64,000 nt of DNA from Thermotogales bacterium (GTDB lineage: Bacteria > Thermotogota > Thermotogae > Petrotogales > Kosmotogaceae). The position numbers and the translations under genes are program-made. The stretch covers positions 1,114-65,113 of the forward strand of contig PWXG01000008.1 in assembly GCA_003561215.1 (NCBI GenBank), read 5' to 3'. Under the pieces are notes generated by a model. It searched no databases. It had not been told where the DNA came from and worked only from the letters and a program-made list of their open reading frames with translations. Position 1 is the stretch's first letter. Each line of letters opens with the position of its first letter. This document shows, in pieces, positions 9,681 through 18,973 of the stretch.

Positions 9681-10979
9681 TCAGTCGGCTGACAACTCCT
9701 GTTCATTCATCTCTGATAGCAAATCGCGCATCCTTCGAGGAGTCAGTCCGAATTCTTTGGAAAGCTTTGAAGCGCTGTTGCCGACTACCTCGACTCTCCT
9801 CCTGAGGATTTCTTGAGAGACGGTCTTCTGGATTGCCGCCAGGAAATCCCGGTAAGTTTGTGTACCGTTTGCATACTCCGTCATTGCTCGATCGGCCAGT
9901 GTGGAGACTATTTCCTCGTAGCTTCTGGTAACCCGTGTTCTAGTGATCTTGTTCATAGCGAGGTACTCTTCGATGATGTTGCCTAGCTCGCGGATATTCC
10001 CGGGGTAATCGTAGACGATGAGGTCGTTTTTCATTTCTGGGGGGAGATTATCGAACCTCACAAGGTAGCCCTTGGAGCTCATGATGTGGTCGAACATAAC
10101 AGGGATATCGGATTTTCTGTACCTCAGGGGGGGGAGGTTGAAGACGATCGAGGAAAGCCTGTACCTCAGATCATCTCTCAACGATGAGTCGTCATACTTA
10201 TTCGTGGCGGTTATGAACCTCACATCCACGTTTGTTGCAGTCGTTGCACCTATCTTGAAGAACTCGCGATTCTCCGTTATCCGAAGGATTTTTGCCTGGA
10301 GATTCAGGGGCATATCACCAATCTCGTCGAGGAAAAGGGTTCCGGTATTGGCCATTTCGACCAGTCCCTTCTTGTCAGAAGAGGCCCCGGTAAACGATCC
10401 TTTCCTGTAACCGAAGAGTTCGCTTTCAAGAAGGTTGTCAGGAATGGCCGCGCAGTTGATAGAGAAGAACAGGTCAGGTCCTCTAGGAGACAGGGCCGTT
10501 ATGACCTCTGCAAAGTGGTTCTTGCCGGTTCCGGTTTCGCCTACTATCATTGTGCTGCCGTCATAAAACATGGACAGGACTATCAACCGCTTCAAAGAGG
10601 TCATAGCCTGACTGGAACCGGCGATCCTCTCCAGCTCCCTGTTTATTTTTGAAGACAGAGAAGAATAGAGCTGTCTGGCGCTTCCTGTTCCCGAGATTAC
10701 TCGAAAGTAGCCTTCGGTGACCTCCCTTTCTTCGGAATAACCCTTCAACACAAAAGCTCGAGCGGGGATCCCATTCATGAGAACGATATTGTTGAAGGCG
10801 AACAGCCAGTCGTTCATTACTGACTGTTCATGGTCTTCAAAATCGACGAAGAGAAGAACCGGTATGTCCCTGTCGAGCTTCAGGAGGTCATCGAAGTTCA
10901 CATCATAAAGACTCTCATGGTGTTTCCAGGCGTTTGCGTCCTCGAGCAATTTGCCTACGCTGATTGTCCTGTAGATCAT
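9681..10979 (-). CDS. sigma-54 interaction domain transcriptional activator (bEBP-like) with C-terminal Fis-type HTH
   Basis: 432 aa. Walker A GETGTGKN, GSFTGA (GAFTGA-type loop), LFLDEIGDM, ESELFGY. AGGAGG SD 6 nt upstream. Confidence 0.8.
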   Translation of the reverse strand: MIYRTISVGKLLEDANAWKHHESLYDVNFDDLLKLDRDIPVLLFVDFEDHEQSVMNDWLFAFNNIVLMNGIPARAFVLKGYSEEREVTEGYFRVISGTGSARQLYSSLSSKINRELERIAGSSQAMTSLKRLIVLSMFYDGSTMIVGETGTGKNHFAEVITALSPRGPDLFFSINCAAIPDNLLESELFGYRKGSFTGASSDKKGLVEMANTGTLFLDEIGDMPLNLQAKILRITENREFFKIGATTATNVDVRFITATNKYDDSSLRDDLRYRLSSIVFNLPPLRYRKSDIPVMFDHIMSSKGYLVRFDNLPPEMKNDLIVYDYPGNIRELGNIIEEYLAMNKITRTRVTRSYEEIVSTLADRAMTEYANGTQTYRDFLAAIQKTVSQEILRRRVEVVGNSASKLSKEFGLTPRRMRDLLSEMNEQELSAD

Positions 10980-11083
10980 TGCCTTCCTCCTTTAGGAAAT
11001 CAATTTCCGCAATCATTATTATACCGTGCTGTCAAGCTCAGCCAAAAAGAAAGCAAATGAACAGGATTTACAGGAAGGCCATT

Positions 11084-11113
11084 TTGCAAGCAATGTATAT
11101 CTGCTGATAGAAT
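11084..11113 (+). promoter_or_regulatory. sigma-70-type promoter candidate for nfnAB
   Basis: TTGCAA (11084-11089), 18 nt spacer, TGaTAGAAT extended -10 (TAGAAT 11108-11113). It lies 42 nt upstream of ATG 11155. Confidence 0.4.
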
Positions 11114-11154
11114 AATATCGGGAGCAAATACTCTCTGTTTGAAGAGGAGGAGTC

Positions 11155-11994
11155 ATGTCTCACAGAATACTCTCGAAGAAAAGAATTGGCCCCAAGCTCT
11201 ACGAGTTCTGGTTGGAGTCGGATACTATCCACGAATACGCGAGACCTGGACAGTTCCTGATCATTAGGATCAGCGACAGGGGAGAAAGGGTTCCGCTCAC
11301 GATTGTCGACACCGTCCCCGGTCGCGTTAGGGTTATTGTCAAGTGTATAGGCAAGAGTACTTTCCAGATGGCATTGCTGGAAGAAGGTTTTGATCTTTTT
11401 GAGGTCGTTGGACCACTGGGAAATCCCAGCGATATACATCATTATGGGCACGTGTGTGTCATCGGGGGTGGTGTCGGAATTGCCCCTCTCTGGCCGACTA
11501 CAAGGGCTTTGCACAGAGCGGGTAACAGACTGACGGGCATCTTGGGTGCTGCGACCGCTAATCAACTGATTCTGCTGGATGAATTCCGACAGGCATGTCA
11601 GGAAGTGATCATCATGACAGATGATGGTTCCTTGGGTAAGAAGGGTCTGGTAACTGACGCACTTACGAGGCTATTGCAGAGAGAAAAGCCGGACCAGCTT
11701 TGGGCAATCGGACCAGCGGTAATGATGAAGTTCGTTTCTGCAATTGCAGCAGATCAGAAGATTGCGTGCTTCGTTTCACTGAATACCATAATGGTTGATG
11801 GCACCGGAATGTGCGGCGCATGTCGTGCAGAAGTAGGCGGAGAGATCAAGTTTGCGTGTGTTGACGGTCCTGAGTTTGATGGTCGCGCTGTGAACTGGAA
11901 CGAACTAATCAAGAGGCAATACCAGTATTCAGACCTGGAAAGCGAAGCTCTTGAGCGCTTCGAGAAGGAAGTTGGTGATCTCTCGTGGGTGTAA
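11155..11994 (+). CDS. nfnA: ferredoxin-NADP+ reductase-like small subunit (NfnA / sulfide dehydrogenase beta-like)
   Basis: 279 aa. FAD/NAD-binding fold with a C-terminal 2Fe-2S Cys cluster (CGACRAEVGGEIKFACVDGP). Overlaps the following gltD-like gene. Confidence 0.7.
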   Translation: MSHRILSKKRIGPKLYEFWLESDTIHEYARPGQFLIIRISDRGERVPLTIVDTVPGRVRVIVKCIGKSTFQMALLEEGFDLFEVVGPLGNPSDIHHYGHVCVIGGGVGIAPLWPTTRALHRAGNRLTGILGAATANQLILLDEFRQACQEVIIMTDDGSLGKKGLVTDALTRLLQREKPDQLWAIGPAVMMKFVSAIAADQKIACFVSLNTIMVDGTGMCGACRAEVGGEIKFACVDGPEFDGRAVNWNELIKRQYQYSDLESEALERFEKEVGDLSWV

Positions 11995-13370
11995 GCATTC
12001 CTGATAGGGTTTCAATGCCAGAGATAGAAGTAGAAAGACGTCTTGCCTCTTTCGAAGAAGTTGCCACAGGATATGATGAGGAAATGGCGCTTGCCGAAGC
12101 CGCGAGGTGTCTGCAGTGCCCTACTAAGCCCTGCGTTAAGGGTTGTCCGGTTGGAATCGACATACCGGCTTTCATAAGGAAAACGAGGGAACGCGACTAT
12201 GAGACTGCTTCGAGCATTCTTATGTCAGCAAACAACCTTCCAAGAATCTGCGGCAGAGTGTGTCCTCAAGAGCAACAGTGTGAGATTGCATGTGTGTTGT
12301 CGAAAATGAAGGACAGTGAACCTGTCGCAATTGGAAGGCTGGAAAGGTTCGTCGGAGATCTGCAGTTGAAGCATGAGATAGAAATCCCGTCTGGTTTTTC
12401 GAGGAAGCGGGTAGCGGTTATCGGAGGGGGTCCAGCAGGCATAACGGTGGCTGCTGACCTCGCAAAGAGAGGGTATAGTGTCACCGTCTATGAGGCGTTT
12501 CACACGATGGGAGGTGTCCTGGTTTACGGTATTCCTTCATTCAGGCTTCCCAAGGACATAGTTGTCGATGAAGCAGAAGGAATAAGCTCGCTTGGGGTGG
12601 AATTTGTGCGAAGCCAGGTGGTGGGCAGGACGATTCCTTTCCAGGAAATCAGAGAAAAGCACGATGCTGTTTTCATTGGAATAGGGGCAGGCGCGCCACG
12701 TCTTTCCGCCATTTCCGGTTCAAATCTAAACAACGTATTCTCGGCAAGCGAGTTTCTGACCAGGGTAAATCTTCTCAAGGCAGATGCATTCCCCGAATAT
12801 GACACTCCCGTTGTGGTCAAGAGAAATGTGGCGGTAATCGGCGCAGGTAACGTCACTATGGATGCCGCGCGAACAGCAAGAAGGCTCGGCGCAGAAAACG
12901 TTACGGTTGTTTACAGAAGAACGGAGAAGGAGATGCCTGCGCGGAGAGAAGAATACCTGCATGCTATTGAAGAAGGGATTGAGTTCATGTGGCTGACGCT
13001 TCCTACTGAATACATCGGAGACGTCAATAACAATGTCGGAATAATGAGATGTGCAAGAATGGAATTGGGCCCGCCCGATGATTCAGGAAGAAGAAGGCCG
13101 GAAAAGGTTGAAGGTTCCGAGTTCGACATCGAAGTCGACATGGTCATCGAGGCGATCGGACAGAGAGCTAACAGGGTGCTTGAATACGGTTTTCCGGGAC
13201 TCGGGCTCAATCCCTGGGGCTATATCGAGGCAGATGAAAGAACGGGCCAGACAAATATTCGGGGCGTTTACGCCGGTGGAGATATAGTAACGGGGGCAGC
13301 CACGGTGATTGAGGCCATGGGAGCCGGCAAGGCTTCTGCAGGATCCATATCGAGATATCTCGAAGACTAA
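11985..13370 (+). CDS. nfnB: NADPH-dependent glutamate synthase small-subunit-like oxidoreductase (NfnB)
   Basis: 461 aa. Two ferredoxin-type Cys clusters (CLQCPTKPCVKGCP; CGRVCPQEQQCEIAC) plus GGGPAG and GAGNVTMD dinucleotide folds. Confidence 0.75.
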   Translation: MGVSIPDRVSMPEIEVERRLASFEEVATGYDEEMALAEAARCLQCPTKPCVKGCPVGIDIPAFIRKTRERDYETASSILMSANNLPRICGRVCPQEQQCEIACVLSKMKDSEPVAIGRLERFVGDLQLKHEIEIPSGFSRKRVAVIGGGPAGITVAADLAKRGYSVTVYEAFHTMGGVLVYGIPSFRLPKDIVVDEAEGISSLGVEFVRSQVVGRTIPFQEIREKHDAVFIGIGAGAPRLSAISGSNLNNVFSASEFLTRVNLLKADAFPEYDTPVVVKRNVAVIGAGNVTMDAARTARRLGAENVTVVYRRTEKEMPARREEYLHAIEEGIEFMWLTLPTEYIGDVNNNVGIMRCARMELGPPDDSGRRRPEKVEGSEFDIEVDMVIEAIGQRANRVLEYGFPGLGLNPWGYIEADERTGQTNIRGVYAGGDIVTGAATVIEAMGAGKASAGSISRYLED

Positions 13371-13385
13371 TCGAGTTCTACCAAG

Positions 13386-13421
13386 AAACTCCGCGCGAGA
13401 TACCTCGTGCGGAGTTTCGTT
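13386..13421. terminator. stem-loop terminator between convergent nfnB and the M32 peptidase gene
   Basis: AAACTCCGCGCGAG-atac-CTCGTGCGGAGTTT: a 14-bp stem with one G.T pair. A-rich on the 5' flank and TTTCGTT on the 3' flank. Confidence 0.55.
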
Positions 13422-13517
13422 ATGTTGACAATCCTTGCTTCGTTCGAAAGCAGATGAACTGAGCAAAACAACAGACAGTTCGAGAGAAGATACTCGTTCA
13501 CGAGTAACTACTTCGGT

Positions 13518-15017
13518 CTAGCGGTATATCTCAGAGTACTTATGTTTGACGTAGTCCATGAAATACTTCGGGTCAGGTTTTTCGCCTGTTACGAGCTCGA
13601 TGAGTTTCTCAGGTTTGTGTGTTGCCCCCGGCTTGTGGACTCTTTCTCTCAGCCACCGTACCAGCGGTCCGGTGTCACCATCCATCAAGCCTTGCTCCAG
13701 ACCGTTTAGCTCATGCTTTGCTTTCGCGAAAAGCTGTGCGGAATAAAGGGTACCCAACATGTATGTGGGGAAGTAACCGACCATGCCCGAAGACCAGTGT
13801 ACATCCTGAAGGACCCCGTCCGCGTAGTTGGGAGGTTCTACCCCCAGGTACTGTTTGTACTTCTCATTCCATGCAGCAGGAAGGTCGTCAACTTCAAGCA
13901 TGTTATTTACCATCGCGTTCTCGAGCTCAAAGCGAATGATGATGTGAAGGTTGTAGGTCACCTCGTCCGCATCAATCCTGATCAATGATCGACTGACGGT
14001 GTTGACTGCTTTATAGAAATCGCGCAGAGATACTTCAGAAAGCCTCGGTGAAAAAGTCTCCTGGATTTTGGGGTAGAAATATGTGAGAAACGGAAGACTT
14101 CTGCCGATATGATTCTCGAACATGAGTGACTGTGATTCATGTATCCCAAGAGATGCAGGGTTGTGGACAGGAGTGTAGACGAGGTTTTCGTCAAATCCCA
14201 TTTCATACATCGCATGTCCACATTCATGGATCGTACCAAAGAAGCCCATGGTGAAGTCGTTTTCCGGGTATTTTGTAGATATCCTTATATCTCCTGGCCC
14301 TATCGTGGTGGTAAATGGATGAGCAGTCTCGTCTATTCGTCCACGCGTGAAATCAAAGCCGAGGACGTCAAGGACTTTCAAGAACAGCTTCTGCTGCAGG
14401 TTCCTTGGGTAATGTCCTTTTGAAGGGAGCTGATTCTTGCTCTTGCTTCGCATCAGCAGATCCTCAACTAGTGGAACCAGGAAGTCTCTGAGGGGTTCAA
14501 TGATTTTCCTTAGTTTGCTTGCTGTCATACCGGGCTCATACCCCTCGATAAGGGCATCATAAGGGTTTTCTTCGTAACCATAGTGCTTTGCCATCTCCTT
14601 GACCATCAGGAGTAACTCTTGAAAATGAGGCTTAAACATGGAGAAATCATCGCGTTTTCTGGCGGTCTCCCAAATCTTCTCGCACTTTGAACTCAAGACA
14701 GCAAATCTGTGCATGAGGCCCGGGGGTATAGCTTTGAAACGTTTGTACTGCCTCATGGCATTGTCAACCATTGACTGTTCGACGGCGCTCAAGCTGGAGT
14801 AAACCCCCGGCTCTGACAGATCTGAGAGCAACTGCCCGGTCTCATCTGAAGTCGCCCTTCTGAACAGGTCTGAGTAAACAAACCCGAATGCCTCAGAGCG
14901 ATGATCAGCACCACTTTCCGGCATATAGGTACGCTGGTCCCAACCCATAAGTGATATGGCGCTTATTAACATTGAGAACTCTCTGTACTTCTTCTTTAAG
15001 TCTTTGATTGAAGCCAT
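13518..15017 (-). CDS. carboxypeptidase M32 (Taq-type metallocarboxypeptidase)
   Basis: HECGHAMYE zinc motif and DVHWSSGMVGYFPTYMLG. Start moved to ATG 15017 (MASIKDLKKKY), which has GGAGGTG 5 nt upstream. Confidence 0.9.
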   Translation of the reverse strand: MASIKDLKKKYREFSMLISAISLMGWDQRTYMPESGADHRSEAFGFVYSDLFRRATSDETGQLLSDLSEPGVYSSLSAVEQSMVDNAMRQYKRFKAIPPGLMHRFAVLSSKCEKIWETARKRDDFSMFKPHFQELLLMVKEMAKHYGYEENPYDALIEGYEPGMTASKLRKIIEPLRDFLVPLVEDLLMRSKSKNQLPSKGHYPRNLQQKLFLKVLDVLGFDFTRGRIDETAHPFTTTIGPGDIRISTKYPENDFTMGFFGTIHECGHAMYEMGFDENLVYTPVHNPASLGIHESQSLMFENHIGRSLPFLTYFYPKIQETFSPRLSEVSLRDFYKAVNTVSRSLIRIDADEVTYNLHIIIRFELENAMVNNMLEVDDLPAAWNEKYKQYLGVEPPNYADGVLQDVHWSSGMVGYFPTYMLGTLYSAQLFAKAKHELNGLEQGLMDGDTGPLVRWLRERVHKPGATHKPEKLIELVTGEKPDPKYFMDYVKHKYSEIYR

Positions 15018-15155
15018 AAGACACCTCCGCTGTGGTTTGGTAGGCTGTTGATCTAGAAGCTCATTCAGTGAGAATTGTATCATGTAAATTCCCCTTGTGG
15101 CTTCAGTGGCTGTTCGAGGTGATATCATGAAAGTAGACTGTCCGGAGGTGATTAG

Positions 15156-15458
15156 ATGTACGTTGCAACGATGACTTACTACTTCAAGAGAGACAGGTTT
15201 GATGAGGCGTGCGAGAAATGGTACGAGGTTGTTCTGTCAAAGTTGGTCGAGAAGGAAGGATTTGCTGGAGGAATGCTGTTGACAAGACCGGATGGTAGAG
15301 CTCTTGGAATAGGCTTTTGGGATGACAGGAAATTCGCCGACGAGGTAATGAGTTCAGGAATAATGAAGACGCTGATGAAAGATCTGGGGGATTACATGGA
15401 GAAAAATCCGCATCACGAAGACTATGAGGTCAAATACTACGAACTGCGTGAGACTTGA
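15156..15458 (+). CDS. small ABM/Dabb-fold-like protein (putative monooxygenase-like)
   Basis: 100 aa with a GGAGGTGA SD. The size and alternating beta/alpha pattern resemble the antibiotic-biosynthesis-monooxygenase fold. The assignment is weak. Confidence 0.35.
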   Translation: MYVATMTYYFKRDRFDEACEKWYEVVLSKLVEKEGFAGGMLLTRPDGRALGIGFWDDRKFADEVMSSGIMKTLMKDLGDYMEKNPHHEDYEVKYYELRET

Positions 15459-15462
15459 TCGC

Positions 15463-16773
15463 TCATTTTGGATCATCGATCTCGGTTACTGATGGTATAG
15501 ATATTGGAGCAGGTTTCTTTGAGAGTATTGTTGCAAACCGTTCCAGCAGAGTAAGCTTAGTTGCGGTCTCTTTGGGTATGACATTGTATTCGATCAGGAT
15601 TTTGCTCTCAGGTTTGGAGATCCTGAAGTAGTTCAGCTGGAAGGCATGGTGGTAGACAGGCGGCATAAGGGGAAATGTTGCCCTTACGTACGAGTGGCGC
15701 TCGAGCCAGGTGCCTGTGTTCAGTATGACCTTTCCGCCTTCTTCAACTAGAAGCGGATTATGTGTGTGCCCGAATACGAAGATCCTCCTGTGAGGATGAT
15801 TATCAAGTACTTCATGAGCGTGTTGCAGATATATCGCACGTTTCTTCAACAAGTCTTTCCGGTCAAACTTGAATCCGTAACGCCTAAGTGCACTGTTGAA
15901 GTCCTTATAGAAAAGAAGCAGGGGTATGGCCAGAAGAATCAGAATTTGCAGTAGCAAAACGTCGATAATCAGCCAGACCTCAAGAACTCGCCCGAAGATG
16001 CCCCATCGTCTTAATCCGTCAAGAATAATCTCATCCAAACTGCCGATACCCAAAAGACTTAGAATGCTGAAAACGAAAAAGACAAGGGCAACAGTCAGGA
16101 AGAGGATAATCGGGACAATGATGAATCTCAGAATAGGACTCATTTCCTTGTAGAAATAATTCGATAGCGCCCACTTTGGCAATTCCTCGTTCGGCTGGAC
16201 ACACTCCACGTCTGAAATCCAGCTTCTTCGCCCCATTGTGGACTTCTTTCCTGCAACTGCCAGCACATACCGTGTTATAAAATAGCCAAACGGTCTTGAA
16301 GCGGGATCTCCGAATTGTTCTATTCTGTTGAGTTTGTCGTACTGATGACCGTGCTCAATCCAGATCAGACTGTTTCCTATTCTTCTTTCAATGCTGAGCG
16401 TTGTCTCGAGTGATATGTTGTACTCCTTAAGAAGCTCTTCGAAACCATCATAGGCCGCAAGGTCGTGGTCATGGTTCCCGGGTACCACGGTGATTACAAT
16501 GGACTCTCCCGTGATCCTGAACTGCTCAAAAAGATCCGGATGATCTGCAGCTATATGCCTGAGTTGATCGATACCTTCACAACTGGTGAACTCCCAAAGA
16601 CCAAACACATCACCCGCAATGATCAGTTCGGTGTTCTTGTCACGCTCTTCAAGTGATCTAAGGAAAGCAAGCAGCTCTTCCTTGAAGTGTACCTCGCCGA
16701 GTTCGCCATCGCCGCCGATATGAAGGTCGCTTATGAAGTAGTACTCTTTCCGATCCGGAATCTGGTCAGCCAT
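15463..16773 (-). CDS. calcineurin-like metallophosphoesterase with an internal two-TM insertion
   Basis: 436 aa. Motifs DLHIGGDG, GDVFGLWE, GNHDHD, EHGH, then about 75 hydrophobic residues (aa 213-289), then FGHTHNP. AAGGAG SD. Confidence 0.75.
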   Translation of the reverse strand: MADQIPDRKEYYFISDLHIGGDGELGEVHFKEELLAFLRSLEERDKNTELIIAGDVFGLWEFTSCEGIDQLRHIAADHPDLFEQFRITGESIVITVVPGNHDHDLAAYDGFEELLKEYNISLETTLSIERRIGNSLIWIEHGHQYDKLNRIEQFGDPASRPFGYFITRYVLAVAGKKSTMGRRSWISDVECVQPNEELPKWALSNYFYKEMSPILRFIIVPIILFLTVALVFFVFSILSLLGIGSLDEIILDGLRRWGIFGRVLEVWLIIDVLLLQILILLAIPLLLFYKDFNSALRRYGFKFDRKDLLKKRAIYLQHAHEVLDNHPHRRIFVFGHTHNPLLVEEGGKVILNTGTWLERHSYVRATFPLMPPVYHHAFQLNYFRISKPESKILIEYNVIPKETATKLTLLERFATILSKKPAPISIPSVTEIDDPK

Positions 16774-16885
16774 GAGATGCTCCTTCTAGTAGATTTTACT
16801 AGATTACGATGCTGGATTTCTATAAGACTTTCAAGTACTCTGTTAAACTCTTTCTGAAAGAAGCAGTTGTGTGTGCGGAGGGAAT

Positions 16886-17788
16886 ATGCTGAATCAGATC
16901 ATACCGTTGTTGCTGATAATTGTTATTGGAGCTTCCTTGCGTGGACTTGGCTTTCTAGATTTATCCGCCGGAAGGGTAATCTCAAGGCTGGTAATCTATG
17001 TAACGATTCCGATAGTGATCTTCAGAGCAGTGTCTCAAATGGACATTCGCCGAGGGCTTCTCTGGTTGGTCCTGCTAGGAGTAGGCGTTCCTATGACGAC
17101 TCTGCTAATAGGAAGATGGACGACTGGGGCAACCACCGGAGCGACAAGAGGAACAATTCTGATTGCCCTCTGCGGGAAGAACACAGACCTATTTGCGTTA
17201 CCAGTGATTCAGTCGATCTATGGCCTTAGTGGAGTATCATTGTTAGCTCTTGTCAGCATGGGCAATGCCCTTTGCGTTTTTGGTATCGGCTTCCTAATGG
17301 CAGTCTATTTTGACCCCAACAGGGGAGAGCTTGACCTCAAGAAATTGGCCAGGTCAATCGTATTCTTTCCTCCAATAGTAGCGTTTGTCCTGGCATTAGC
17401 AGCAAATCTGCTGGGGTTCGCTCTGCCAAAGCTCTTTCTCTCTTTTGCCGAAGTTGTTGGAGATGCCAATGTCTTCTTGTCTCTGCTGGTGATTGGTCTC
17501 TTTCTGGATATTCGAGTTGTTATGAGGAGTATTCGCGTATTGGTTATCATACTCCTGACAAAGTACTCTGTGGCGCTAGTTATCGGAGGGCTCTTCTACG
17601 CGCTATTCTTCCGATCAGAACCGCTTATGGCATCCGTTGGGCTGCTGGCTTCTTTAATGCCTGCACCCGTAGTCACGCTAGTATATTCAGCAGAGAAGAA
17701 TCTCGACCATGAAACTGCCGGGGCCGTGGTAGGAATCACAACGATAATTAGTTCAGCAATACTGCTGGTGTTATCCGTTTTCATATAA
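16886..17788 (+). CDS. AEC (auxin efflux carrier) family transporter
   Basis: Polytopic membrane protein with an MLNQIIPLLLIIVIGASLRGLGF N-terminus. Start moved to ATG 16886 after GGAGGG. Confidence 0.7.
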   Translation: MLNQIIPLLLIIVIGASLRGLGFLDLSAGRVISRLVIYVTIPIVIFRAVSQMDIRRGLLWLVLLGVGVPMTTLLIGRWTTGATTGATRGTILIALCGKNTDLFALPVIQSIYGLSGVSLLALVSMGNALCVFGIGFLMAVYFDPNRGELDLKKLARSIVFFPPIVAFVLALAANLLGFALPKLFLSFAEVVGDANVFLSLLVIGLFLDIRVVMRSIRVLVIILLTKYSVALVIGGLFYALFFRSEPLMASVGLLASLMPAPVVTLVYSAEKNLDHETAGAVVGITTIISSAILLVLSVFI

Positions 17789-17818
17789 GAGTCAGCAGAG
17801 GCGGGAGTTCAGTGGTAG

Positions 17819-18973
17819 ATGGATAAAAGACTGAAATTCGGTTTTGTAGCATCGTCATCGTTTCTTGTGTTCGGATTCTCCATGGTTATTACTGGAAGCG
17901 CTCTTCCGGCTATTGTAAGTGTGTTTTCCATGACCTATAGCCAGGCGGGCCTTCTGTTGTCTTTGCCTACCTTCGGGTTCATTGCAGGAGCCTTCTTATG
18001 CATTCTTCTCGTATCAAGAACTGGACCTTTCAGGTTGCTGTCGGTTGCGCTGCTCTTAGTTGCTCTTTCTCTTGCATGGATTTCCGCGTCAAGGCTTTTC
18101 TGGATGCTTGTTCTTGCGAGTGTTGTCATGAGTATAGGTGCGGGACTAATTGAAACAACGGTTGGAGTCGGTGTATCTTCAGTCAAGTACAAACGAACAG
18201 GCGGAGCGCTGAATTTCATTCACTCCGCTTATGCAGTAGGTGCTATTGTTTCACCTTTCGTGGTTGCGTTGCTATTGACTACACCTGAAAGATGGTGGCT
18301 ACCTTTTGCTATAGCAAGCTTTTTCTGCGTAGTTGTGTTCGCTTACTCGCTTTCTATGAAAGACAAAGCGACTGCCGTTTCAGCTACGAGTTACAGTAAG
18401 GATTTCCGTTATCTTTTCGGAGAGCGCGTATTCTGGGTGGCAATAATCGGAGTCTTCGTTTATGTTGGATATGAGGTAGCATTCACCTCCTGGCTATCAG
18501 TCTACGTTCACGATGTTAAAGGAGTAACCATAAGAACAGCAAGCATTTTTCCTGCTCTGCTATGGACAGGTTTGTTTGTTGGCCGGCTGATATCAGGTAC
18601 GCTTGTAGAAAAACTGGGCTATGCTAGATCACTTCTATTGCTTTCACTCCTCTCTTCGGCGGCAGTGATCGGAGTTCTTATCTCAAGAAGTTTTTTTGCG
18701 CTTGTTGCAGCAGTCATTGTCTCAGGAGTTGGTTTTTCTGGAGTTTTTCCGACCCTTCAGGCAATCATGATACGTGGACTGAAGCGTAGTATAAACGAAG
18801 CGGTTTCAATCTTCTCTATTTCAGCGTCTTTGGGAGCAGCTTTTGCAAGTTACGCGGTCGGTGCAATTGGGGACCTGTTTGGGCTATTCTGGGGAGTCCT
18901 TTTCGTGCTGCTGTTAATCCTCATTGAGGTGGTTCTTGCAGTTCTTCTCCTTAAAGGAGGGAAGAGAGAATGA
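17819..18973 (+). CDS. MFS transporter
   Basis: 384 aa with a 12-TM-like profile. ATGA overlap with the following gene. Confidence 0.75.
   Translation: MDKRLKFGFVASSSFLVFGFSMVITGSALPAIVSVFSMTYSQAGLLLSLPTFGFIAGAFLCILLVSRTGPFRLLSVALLLVALSLAWISASRLFWMLVLASVVMSIGAGLIETTVGVGVSSVKYKRTGGALNFIHSAYAVGAIVSPFVVALLLTTPERWWLPFAIASFFCVVVFAYSLSMKDKATAVSATSYSKDFRYLFGERVFWVAIIGVFVYVGYEVAFTSWLSVYVHDVKGVTIRTASIFPALLWTGLFVGRLISGTLVEKLGYARSLLLLSLLSSAAVIGVLISRSFFALVAAVIVSGVGFSGVFPTLQAIMIRGLKRSINEAVSIFSISASLGAAFASYAVGAIGDLFGLFWGVLFVLLLILIEVVLAVLLLKGGKRE

Noticed and set aside
11073-11087. Sigma-54-like element aGGaaggccattTTGCa next to the bEBP gene.
   Set aside because: The GG to GC spacing is one nt longer than the invariant -24/-12 spacing. 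The TTGCA more plausibly belongs to the -35 (TTGCAA) of a sigma-70 promoter.
11068-11565. 165-aa minus-strand ORF antisense to nfnA. Similar long antisense ORFs occur at 27798-28262, 30586-31143, 36826-37365, 43272-43760, 45675-46106 and 51629-52156.
   Set aside because: Each lies entirely inside a confidently assigned gene on the opposite strand. None has an SD site, and all translate to low-complexity or unrecognisable sequence. They are typical shadow ORFs.
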